IMG/VR virus record: IMGVR_UViG_3300001199_000001
Coordinates: 214,860-278,859 of that record
From: a virus
Lineage: Duplodnaviria > Heunggongvirae > Uroviricota > Caudoviricetes
DNA length: 64,000 nucleotides
Reading direction: 5' to 3' (one strand)
Shown here: piece after piece, positions 56,424 through 64,000 of the stretch
Numbering within the stretch: the stretch's first letter is position 1
How the letters are laid out: each line of letters starts with the position of its first letter
The notes under the pieces: generated by a model
Seen by the model: only the letters and a program-made list of their open reading frames with translations
What the model was told of the DNA's origin: nothing
Databases searched by the model: none
Position numbers and translations under genes: made by a program

Positions 56424-57068
56424 GTGCCCAGGCTGCAAAACGAGAGACAGGAGATTTATGCCAAGATGCGCGCCAAGGGGATGATACCCTCCAAGGCCGC
56501 AATCGCCGCTGGCTATGCCTCAGGTTCTGCCGTGTACACGGAACTTGAGGGATCACCTGAAGTGGTCGTCCGCATCCGCGAATTGATGGACGAAATCGAG
56601 GAGATGAAGGAAGCCAAACTCGCCGCCTCCAGGGAAGCGGCGAAGATCGTCGGGCAAGTCACCGGCTACGGTAAGGCGTGGGTGATGACCAAGCTCGCCG
56701 AGAACGCCTCTCTCGCGCAGCAGGACGGCGACTACAAGGAAGCAAACGCCGCCCTCAAGCTGATCGGTGAAGAGCTTGGCATGTTCCAAGGCGCGTCGAA
56801 CGGTGAAGAGACTGACGGCGCGGCTCCGCCGACACTCGATCTCGATAAGCTCTCGGCTCTGATGGGTGCAAGCGCATCGGCGACAGTCCCGGCCGTCGAG
56901 AACAAGAGCGGCGCTGATCTCGATCTCGCGATGTCCCTTATCGAAGGACAAGGCGCCGCCGCAAAACGCGTGAAGCGCGAGCGTGAGTCACTAAACACTG
57001 ACAGCGAAACTAGCGTCGCACTCACCACCCCGTGGGATGACGACGAACCTGAAGAAGATGAGCAATGA
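56424..57068 (+). CDS. terS: terminase small subunit
   Basis: AAIAAGY HTH motif, ANAALKLIGEELGMF motif, immediately upstream of terL. Confidence 0.75.
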   Translation: MPRLQNERQEIYAKMRAKGMIPSKAAIAAGYASGSAVYTELEGSPEVVVRIRELMDEIEEMKEAKLAASREAAKIVGQVTGYGKAWVMTKLAENASLAQQDGDYKEANAALKLIGEELGMFQGASNGEETDGAAPPTLDLDKLSALMGASASATVPAVENKSGADLDLAMSLIEGQGAAAKRVKRERESLNTDSETSVALTTPWDDDEPEEDEQ

Positions 57069-59767
57069 GCTACAGCAACGAAGAACGTGTGAAAGCCCGA
57101 GAGGCTGTACGTCGTCTCAACGACCTTGCGGCGCAGACTAAGACCGCTGCCGAGCGGGGCATCCACCTGTCAGAAGCGTCTGAGAAGGTCGTCGCGGCTC
57201 TTACCCAGACCCCCGACGGTCATATGCGCGCCAAGGCTCTACAGGCCATTGCAGAGGATATTCAGAAGCGTCACCTAGGTGCGCTACTACCGCTTGCCTA
57301 TAACGAGTTTGCGGCCTTCTGTGAGTACATGGAACCGGAGGAACCACCGGAGTCCAAGTGGCACATGTTCTTGACGGACAAGCTCCAGCAGATTGAGACT
57401 GACCCGGCTTTGAATCGGTTCATTCTCAACTGTCCGCCAGGGCATGCCAAGCCCTTGAGCGTTCAAACGCCAGTGCTGATGGCTGACGGTTCATGGAGCC
57501 AACTCGGTGAAATCGAGGTTGGGGATTTTGTCGTCTCGCATAGCGGCGAGAAGCGGTTGGTTACGGCGGTCCACGAGCAGGGCGTCCTCCCTCTCCTCAA
57601 GATCACGACGCTCGGCGGTCGGGTCATCCTCTCGGCCTACGATCACAGCTTTAAGGTCGGCGATGCGTGGAAGGAAGCACAGGCGCTTCGTCCGGGTGAC
57701 CGCTTCGATCTCGTCCTCCGGCCCAACGATCTGAACACGCACTCGACGGCGACGATTGATGAATTCCGCTTCGCTGCATATGCCGCGACGCAAGGGGCCA
57801 TGTCGTGGATGACAGGGCGCAACAGGACAACTCAATATCGCGCCTTCCGTCTGTTCTCGGCGGACATCGGCGATATCACCGAGATGTCAGACTGCATGAC
57901 GCGGCTGGGCCTGAAGCACAGCACGAAGCCTCGGTCGGGCGGCTACAACATTCTGATGAGCATCCCGGATTCCGACAATCTCGCCGAGCCTTTCCGGCTG
58001 GACGACCGGAAGGATAATATGCGGGTCCCGGACTTCGTTCTGAAGGCCGACAACGACCAACTGAGAGAGTACCTGTCACTGGTCTTCAGCTACGGCGGCG
58101 ACCTCGCTCAACGCTACAATTACAACTGGCTGACCTACTACTCGCACTCGCTCGGCTTCCTCTACGACCTGCAAAAACTGCTTGGCCGTTTCCACGTCGG
58201 ATCGATCATTGAGTTCTCGCCAAAAGGCGCCCGCTCACGTCTCGTTATCAAGGGACCGGACCTCGCGCAGTACCTCCATTCAGGACTTCGTTTCGAGGGT
58301 AAGAACGGCGACAAGATCGCGCCGCTGGGACAACCCGCGCGTGTGGATCGTGATGTCGTTCAAATGGTCGAGCTACACGCTCCAGGCCCTTGCCGCTGCC
58401 TGACAGTTGAGGAAGATCACACGTTCATCGCTGATGGTGTCGTCGTCCATAACTCGACATACGCCTCTCGCAAATACGTCGCGTGGCGGATCGGTCGCGA
58501 TCCTGACCAGCGTATTATCGGCGGCGGTCACTCCTCGACATTCGTTGAAAACGAGTTCTCGAAGAAGATCAGATCGATGGTCGGCACGCCTGAATATCAG
58601 GCTGTGTTCCCCGGCGTGGTGATCGATCACAACTCCCGCGCGGCTGGACAGTGGAACATTGCGGGCTTCAAAGGGCAGTATGTCGCCCGTGGCGTCGGCG
58701 GCTCCATCCACGGTTTCCGCGCGACGTTCATCTGTATCGATGACCCGTACGCGAGCATCGAAATGGCTGAGTCCGCGACAATGCGTGAGAAGGTGAACAC
58801 ATGGTTCACAACCGACGTTGGTTCACGTTTGCTTCCTCTCGGAAAGGTCTTCGTTATCATGACGAGGTTCCATGAAGAAGACCTGACCGGCTATCTGATG
58901 AACATGAACCCACGTCTTCCAGATAACAGTAAATGGAACTTAGTTGAGGCTCCAGCTATCTGTTATGACACGGAAAAGGACGTATTAGGGCGAAACTTGG
59001 GCGAAGTTCTATGGGATTATTACGATTTGTCACATTACGTCACAAAAAAGACGGAATGGAAATATCAAAGATATGCCCTTGTCTACCAACAATTAGCTGA
59101 TGCCTCCTCAGATGGCAGCATCGCGAGTCATTTTAAGTTCTACGAGAAGCTGCCGCACCAGTCGCCGGAGGCGATGCGCAAGGCGACCGATGCCAATCAG
59201 GTTGACGACGCAGGACGCCCGAGGCCGGAGCGGAAGGACTATTTCCGCCGGGTGATCCTCTCGGTGGATACCGCCTCGAAGACCTCGCAACGGGCGGACT
59301 ACAGTGTAGTTCAGGTATGGGGTGAGACCCACGACCACAAATACTACCTGTTCGATCAATATAGGGGAAAGGTAGAGTTCAATCAACTAATCGAGAAGAT
59401 TGAACGCATGGCTATTAAGTATTCAGTTGACCATATACTTGTCGAAGACAAGGGTCAAGGAACTGCTTATATCCAGGCGCGCGGCAAAACCGACTATCAG
59501 ACCCGCAAGGCCCCGGCGCCGCTCGTGGCTATCAACCCCGGCTCTCAGTCCAAGGAATTCCGTTGGGATGAGATCACGCCACTGATCCGAGAAGGCATCA
59601 TCCACGTCCCCGAGTTCGCCCCGTGGATCGACGCCTTCATCAAAGAGGTCGGACAATTCCCCGAAGGTAACCATGACGACATGGTCGACGCCGCGTCGCA
59701 GGCCATCCGCTGGCTCAAATCCCAGCGCACCCGGTATGGCTCCAAGAAAGTCGGAAGCATGGGCTAA
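57065..59767 (+). CDS. terL: terminase large subunit, intein-containing
   Basis: Walker A PPGHAK/ST split by an intein, Walker B ICIDDP, MTRFHEEDL, nuclease SVDTA...FPEGNHDDMVDA. Confidence 0.92.
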   Translation: MSYSNEERVKAREAVRRLNDLAAQTKTAAERGIHLSEASEKVVAALTQTPDGHMRAKALQAIAEDIQKRHLGALLPLAYNEFAAFCEYMEPEEPPESKWHMFLTDKLQQIETDPALNRFILNCPPGHAKPLSVQTPVLMADGSWSQLGEIEVGDFVVSHSGEKRLVTAVHEQGVLPLLKITTLGGRVILSAYDHSFKVGDAWKEAQALRPGDRFDLVLRPNDLNTHSTATIDEFRFAAYAATQGAMSWMTGRNRTTQYRAFRLFSADIGDITEMSDCMTRLGLKHSTKPRSGGYNILMSIPDSDNLAEPFRLDDRKDNMRVPDFVLKADNDQLREYLSLVFSYGGDLAQRYNYNWLTYYSHSLGFLYDLQKLLGRFHVGSIIEFSPKGARSRLVIKGPDLAQYLHSGLRFEGKNGDKIAPLGQPARVDRDVVQMVELHAPGPCRCLTVEEDHTFIADGVVVHNSTYASRKYVAWRIGRDPDQRIIGGGHSSTFVENEFSKKIRSMVGTPEYQAVFPGVVIDHNSRAAGQWNIAGFKGQYVARGVGGSIHGFRATFICIDDPYASIEMAESATMREKVNTWFTTDVGSRLLPLGKVFVIMTRFHEEDLTGYLMNMNPRLPDNSKWNLVEAPAICYDTEKDVLGRNLGEVLWDYYDLSHYVTKKTEWKYQRYALVYQQLADASSDGSIASHFKFYEKLPHQSPEAMRKATDANQVDDAGRPRPERKDYFRRVILSVDTASKTSQRADYSVVQVWGETHDHKYYLFDQYRGKVEFNQLIEKIERMAIKYSVDHILVEDKGQGTAYIQARGKTDYQTRKAPAPLVAINPGSQSKEFRWDEITPLIREGIIHVPEFAPWIDAFIKEVGQFPEGNHDDMVDAASQAIRWLKSQRTRYGSKKVGSMG
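57452..58453 (+). mobile_element. intein (334 aa) with degenerate LAGLIDADG-like region, non-Cys/Ser N-terminus
   Basis: Starts PLSVQTPVLMADG, block B SAYDHSF, block F PCRCLTV, ends VVHN followed by extein Ser. Confidence 0.88.
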
Positions 59768-59794
59768 GGCCCACCTTAAGTAGAAAGAACCAAG

Positions 59795-60316
59795 ATGCTA
59801 AATCTACCTGAAACGACGACCGCAGAGGTCGAAACGGCCTACAAATTGGTCGAAAAATTGAACAAGACCCTAGAGGCGAGCTACACCATGGGGCCGACGT
59901 TCGCGCTCGTTGTGGGCGATGACCGGCACCTACAAGTCAACTATCAGCCCGTCGTCACGTCGGATAACCACGAGTCCGTCGTCACCGCTCTGTGGACCTT
60001 GAAGGACATTTTCTCGCTGGTCCGGGAGATCAATAATCATCTCACCATGCTGCTTGATATGGGTCTCATCATTTCCCTCAATCCATCCATTATTCGAGGC
60101 AACTGGTTCGTCGGATGTGCCGTCATGTACCGCATTCCGCGCGCACCCGACCCGGCACGTGAGAAGCTTAAGGAGCAACTACGCGTCGAGGCCCGAGAGA
60201 TCGCCCGCAAGCGCATCGCACAAGAGAACAGCGATGCAATCGCCGCCCGCGCTAAACGCATCGCAGACGAGGCAGCACGCTACGACTGGGACGAAGTCAT
60301 CAAGCAGTACAAGTGA
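59795..60316 (+). CDS. hypothetical protein
   Basis: 173 aa ORF after terL. Confidence 0.6.
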   Translation: MLNLPETTTAEVETAYKLVEKLNKTLEASYTMGPTFALVVGDDRHLQVNYQPVVTSDNHESVVTALWTLKDIFSLVREINNHLTMLLDMGLIISLNPSIIRGNWFVGCAVMYRIPRAPDPAREKLKEQLRVEAREIARKRIAQENSDAIAARAKRIADEAARYDWDEVIKQYK

Positions 60317-60353
60317 TTTCTAGCCAACCCCGACGGTTAGGATAAAATGACTC

Positions 60354-60581
60354 ATGGCCTACTCTACCCCGCTCCCTGTCGATGTGTATATCGACCGCAA
60401 GCTCTCCGAGCCGAACAGCGCCCGCACAGGCGCGGCGCGGGGTGCATCCCTCGCATCTCGCCAAGCCTATGCCCGGTTCATGATCAGCCAACGCAGGACG
60501 AAGCTGACCATCCCCAAGGTCATCATCCCCCGCGAAGAGATCGACGCCGAAATCATCGATGCTGACTTTGACGTAATGTGA
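60354..60581 (+). CDS. hypothetical protein
   Basis: 75 aa ORF ending EIIDADF. Confidence 0.45.
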   Translation: MAYSTPLPVDVYIDRKLSEPNSARTGAARGASLASRQAYARFMISQRRTKLTIPKVIIPREEIDAEIIDADFDVM

Positions 60582-60760
60582 CTCATCCAACGAGTCACTT
60601 AAAACGGTTAAAGTGACTCGAAAAACCGGCCAAAAACCCCAATAAAATCAACAAGATGTAAAGTGACTCGTCCCAAAAGGCGGGTCCCTTTGCATTTTTA
60701 CGCCCTGTCCAGACCAAAAATCGGTTAAAATGACTCCCCGAAACCGATAAAAGGCTGTTG
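60575..60760. repeat. GANTC-rich element, copy 1
   Basis: GACTC/GAGTC at 60580, 60592, 60615, 60665, 60732; shares blocks with 62812-62975. Confidence 0.65.
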
Positions 60761-60812
60761 ACATCCCCGCCAAGGTGGTCTATTCTTACACCATCGAAAC
60801 ACGGAGAGCCGC

Positions 60813-60995
60813 ATGACCTACATGGAGCACCTACTGGCCGAGGGCTTTGTCGTTCTCCCATCGACCGAGGCGGCTAAAGCGCTGGCGGCTCAGGCTGAGT
60901 CTGAAGGCCACGTAGCGCACATCAATCAGGCCTTTGGTGTACGCCCGCCGAGCGTCGAGCTATGCCAAGGCGCCCACTGTCATTGCCGGTACTAG
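60813..60995 (+). CDS. hypothetical protein
   Basis: TTGACA-17-TATTCT promoter, GGAG RBS. Confidence 0.55.
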   Translation: MTYMEHLLAEGFVVLPSTEAAKALAAQAESEGHVAHINQAFGVRPPSVELCQGAHCHCRY

Positions 60996-61005
60996 GAGAG
61001 AACAC

Positions 61006-61332
61006 GTGACTGAACCCCTTAAGGTTGTTTATATCGTTCTGAAGAACGCCGACTTCACCGAGGGCCGTGGCCCGATGCTGCTGCACACCGTCTTTTCGGA
61101 TGGGGAAGAAGCCATCAAGTACGTCGAGAAGCAGAAAGGCATCTTCGGAAGTCCGCAAAACGTCGAGCGCGGCAAAGGCAGCTACGCCCGCGCGAATGGT
61201 TATGAGATCGTCGAACACGACGTGTTCCAATCCGCCGACGATCTGCTGGACAGAGCTATCGCCTTCGAGCGTGAAGCTGCGCTCGGTAAGCTCACGCTCC
61301 GCGAGCGTAGGCTTCTTGGGTTGATGACGTAG
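61006..61332 (+). CDS. hypothetical phage protein
   Basis: GTG after AGGAG; NADFTEGRGP...ALGKLTLRERRLLGL. Confidence 0.6.
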   Translation: MTEPLKVVYIVLKNADFTEGRGPMLLHTVFSDGEEAIKYVEKQKGIFGSPQNVERGKGSYARANGYEIVEHDVFQSADDLLDRAIAFEREAALGKLTLRERRLLGLMT

Positions 61333-61426
61333 TAGCGTGTACACGCTAACCCCGGCCTCATCGCCGGGGGGCGGACCCTCCCCGCCCTCCCACCCCTATC
61401 ATATCCATCTCCACGTATAATGTCAA
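61333..61426 (-). promoter_or_regulatory. sigma70 promoter firing into a G-tract, followed by a 16-bp palindrome
   Basis: TTGACA-17-TATGAT-AGGGGTGGGAGGGCGGGGAGGG...TAGCGTGTACACGCTA. Confidence 0.65.
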
Positions 61427-61516
61427 CACCATTTATTCAGTCTCAACCACATTAAAACCGTTGACATTCTCACCCGGTCCGGCTATTCTTACACCATCGG
61501 AACACGGAGAGACGAG

Positions 61517-61846
61517 ATGTCCAACCAAGTCGCCCTGACCATCCTGAACCAAATCGGCGGCGCCAATCGCCTCGTCGCGATGATCAATGCCTCCAGCTTC
61601 GCCAGCGGCAATTTTGCCAAGGTCGGTGAGCCCGACGCCTACGGCGTCAGCTTCCGCATCGGCATGCGCGCCAAGAAAGGCATCAAAGCCGTCATCATCA
61701 AGCTGAACGGACGCGACCTCTACGATGTCGAGTTCGGTAAGATGGTGAACTTCGAATACAAGGTGGTCGACAGCGCGTCGGACATCTACGCCGAAGACCT
61801 GCGCGACCTTATCGAGCGCACCACCGGCCTCGCCCTGCGTCTCTAG
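61517..61846 (+). CDS. conserved phage hypothetical protein
   Basis: TILNQIGG...DLYDVEF...DIYAEDL...TGL; promoter and GGAG RBS. Confidence 0.7.
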   Translation: MSNQVALTILNQIGGANRLVAMINASSFASGNFAKVGEPDAYGVSFRIGMRAKKGIKAVIIKLNGRDLYDVEFGKMVNFEYKVVDSASDIYAEDLRDLIERTTGLALRL

Positions 61847-61854
61847 GAGGAAAA

Positions 61855-62040
61855 ATGACCATCTACGTCATCAAAAACAACACCACGGGCCAATACGTCA
61901 CCCGCCCCGGCAGCCTGAGGAGCTACACCCGCTCCCTTGAGCAAGCTCGCACCTTCGAGAGTCGCGAGGTCGCTGAAGCCGACTCCTGCGGCAACGAGCG
62001 CGTCCTCAGCGTCGCTGATCTGCTCGGGAGGCCCTACTGA
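61855..62040 (+). CDS. hypothetical protein
   Basis: AGGAGG RBS. Confidence 0.6.
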   Translation: MTIYVIKNNTTGQYVTRPGSLRSYTRSLEQARTFESREVAEADSCGNERVLSVADLLGRPY

Positions 62041-62240
62041 TGGGCAAATGGCGCCTCGACGAACACCTCAAGGCTTACGGCCTGACCAAGGAGGAATATC
62101 GCTCGGCTTTCCGGGCTGGCTACTCCGACGGCTTTCAAGGCTACCCACTGTGGGCGGGCAACGAGCCTGACTTCAATCCCACAGCGTACAAGGCCGGTTA
62201 CGGTCATGGCGATGATGACCGGGTTCAACCTGAGTCCTAG
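62040..62240 (+). CDS. hypothetical protein
   Basis: TGATG-coupled; AGYxxG repeats. Confidence 0.55.
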   Translation: MGKWRLDEHLKAYGLTKEEYRSAFRAGYSDGFQGYPLWAGNEPDFNPTAYKAGYGHGDDDRVQPES

Positions 62241-62470
62241 GGACCCAGCCGATTTTCCAGGGCAGGGACCCATCGAAATTCTTCCACGGGGACCCAGCCG
62301 ATTTTTCGCGCCGGGGACCCTAGGAAATTTTCCCCGCCGGGACCCTCGGAATTCTTGACCAGGGACCCTCCGATTTTTCCAGCCGGGGACCCTGAGAAAT
62401 CCTCAGGCCGGGACCCTGCCGATTTTCAAAAACTTTCACCGGGCCGGGACCCTCGAAATTCTTGAGCCGA
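62240..62470. repeat. ~24-bp-period array of GGGACCC x9
   Basis: Copies at 62240, 62265, 62289, 62314, 62339, 62362, 62386, 62410, 62446. Confidence 0.85.
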
Positions 62471-62568
62471 AATTCCCACGATTTTCTGGTTATAAAGTGT
62501 TGACATCATACCCCCGCTCCCCTATACTTCAAGCATAGGAAATCAACCGGAGCCAAGGAGCCCGCACC

Positions 62569-62805
62569 ATGCACGTCATCAACAAGCCCGCCCTCGTCCT
62601 CGTCCTGCAATCCACTGAGCGGGTCCACTACGCTGAGGCCGCCGTCATCGCCCTCTCCCTGTACGAACAGGAGATCGACAAGCTCGGCACCATCCGTGAC
62701 ACCACGTCCGAGCCGTGGAAGGCGGAGACGCAGGAGCGCATCAACTACCTCGTCAAGTACAAGGCCTACCTGCACGACCTGCTGCTCGCCCTGTCCGACG
62801 GCTGA
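62569..62805 (+). CDS. hypothetical protein
   Basis: Promoter at ~62500; AAGGAG RBS. Confidence 0.65.
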   Translation: MHVINKPALVLVLQSTERVHYAEAAVIALSLYEQEIDKLGTIRDTTSEPWKAETQERINYLVKYKAYLHDLLLALSDG

Positions 62806-62811
62806 AACACT

Positions 62812-62975
62812 TTTCCTGACTCCCGAGTCATTTTAACCCTCTTTTCTGACTCGGGCCTCGAAAAACCGAGCAAAATCAACGATTTATAAAGTGACTCGGC
62901 CCAAAATCCGCCAAATCAGGCCAATTTAGGGTAAAATGACCCGATTTTAGGCCAAAAAAGGGCTTTTTTGGTGTT
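62812..62975. repeat. GANTC-rich element, copy 2
   Basis: GACTC/GAGTC at 62818, 62825, 62848, 62893; shared CTCGAAAAACCG, AAAATCAAC, TAAAGTGACTCG. Confidence 0.65.
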
Positions 62976-63025
62976 GACAAGCCTCTTTTTGGCCCTATAA
63001 TGCCTTAAATCAGCCGAGGAGACCG

Positions 63026-63310
63026 TTGGTGCCCAAAATCCTGACCGTCGAGGATGTGCAACGCGCTCTCGAAGCTGCGGTGATCGACATCGCAAAGGTA
63101 TCGACGTTACGTGGTCAGGGAGAGTTGGCCTATCGGCCCGGCCCTGGCCTCTTCGTGGTCTCTGTCTGTTACTACGGCAGAGATGCTGATTTTAAAGACA
63201 CGTTCACCGAGTCGGTGTACACCGCGCTGGAATGGTTCTCAGATGTTAGCGAGGCGCTTCACATGTCCCGCTCTAGACTTGACGCCAAACTTGACGCCAG
63301 CCAAACTTGA
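63026..63310 (+). CDS. hypothetical protein (3' end runs into repeat array)
   Basis: TTGACA...TATAAT promoter, GAGGAG RBS. Confidence 0.5.
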   Translation: MVPKILTVEDVQRALEAAVIDIAKVSTLRGQGELAYRPGPGLFVVSVCYYGRDADFKDTFTESVYTALEWFSDVSEALHMSRSRLDAKLDASQT

Positions 63311-63520
63311 CGCCAGCCAAACTTGACGAAAACCAAATTTGACGCGAGCGCGACTTGACGACTCGACGGTCCCCAAACTTGACGCTCGGTTAATTTGACG
63401 GGAGTCAAACTTGACGCGACCTAAACTTGACGCGAATCAAATTTGACGCGAGCGCGACTTGACGCCCGCCAAATTTGACGGGAGTCAAACTTGACGCTCT
63501 GGCATTTTCCAAACTTGACG
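63279..63520. repeat. 16-bp-period array of TTGACG x15
   Basis: Copies at 63279, 63291, 63307, 63323, 63339, 63355, 63379, 63395, 63411, 63427, 63443, 63459, 63475, 63491, 63515. Confidence 0.85.
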
Positions 63521-63739
63521 CGCCCTGATTTTTCGGCGAGCGCCAGCGATCCCGCGCCCGGATGTCGGGGCAGGTGGCAAGGCACGACGAAAGGCGCTCA
63601 GGCTGGAGCCGGAGCGCTAGGGTCGATCAGCAGAGCATGGGGAGGCGTGCCGGGACTCGTTGAGTCACGGGCGCCCCCAAGGGGAACGGACTAGGTACAT
63701 CTCGCCATCCTGGCACAGCAAAAACTGCTTGTCAAGGTG

Positions 63740-63946
63740 TTGACAACATTAAAAACCCGTGCTACTCTAAAGGTGGTAGGGCGGGGGCGGGTGGTGCGTC
63801 CCCCAGGTAGCGTGTACACGGTTCACGATTTGTTCCAAACTGCATTTAGGGTGTTGACACTATGCGAATCCCATGCTACCCTAAAGGTGGTAGGGCGGGG
63901 GCGGGTGGTGCCTCCCCACCAGCCGGGGCTCGTTCACGTTTTGTTC
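63740..63946 (+). promoter_or_regulatory. two tandem promoter/G-tract units, each followed by an alphaproteobacterial LexA-type box
   Basis: TTGACA-17-TAC(T/C)CT-AAAGGTGGTAGGGCGGGGGCGGGTGGTG at 63740 and 63854; GTTC-N7-GTTC at 63821-63835 and 63932-63946. Confidence 0.7.
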
Positions 63947-64000
63947 CCCGATCCCCCTCCGGGGGACTCCACCACCTCCCCCACCCTCCCACCCCTATCA

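Noticed and set aside
60598-60612. CtrA box
   Set aside because: The TTAA half-sites are 5 bp apart, not the 7 bp of TTAA-N7-TTAA.
62240-63520. CRISPR-like or coding interpretation of the GGGACCC and TTGACG arrays
   Set aside because: Conserved cores are only 6-7 bp with 16-24-bp periods and no sustained reading frame.
1-64000. Prophage boundary, integrase or IS element
   Set aside because: No recombinase or transposase motifs and no host housekeeping genes were seen; the whole window looks phage-derived.

Overview
This window is a segment of a large tailed dsDNA phage genome. The host is probably an Alphaproteobacterium (inferred from GTTC-N7-GTTC LexA boxes, GANTC clusters and many leaderless genes). 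About 52 kb is an early/accessory region of small, mostly hypothetical ORFs in two divergent arms: minus strand 1-36418 and plus strand 36538-51800. Dozens of near-consensus sigma70 promoters (TTGACA-N16/17-TAnnnT) punctuate both arms. Recognisable proteins are a ligase-type nucleotidyltransferase core, Rmf-like, MazG-like, zinc-ribbon, PLP aminotransferase, R2K ATP-grasp, HExxH and HD proteins, a RuvC-like resolvase, two TerS-like paralogs and a TerL split by an atypical intein. The most unusual content is non-coding. (1) A ~1.1 kb promoter-driven, multi-domain structured RNA at 5525-6646 (minus) has an rrn-like boxB/boxA leader, two circularly permuted tRNA-like (Y-RNA-like) modules and a tRNA-like module with a 5-nt anticodon loop. 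(2) A symmetric 4+4 inverted iteron array surrounds an AT-rich core at 53713-54270. (3) Downstream of terL lie periodic arrays (GGGACCC x9, TTGACG x15), duplicated GANTC-rich elements and promoter-driven G-tract units carrying LexA boxes. All calls come from motif reading only; no database searches were run.
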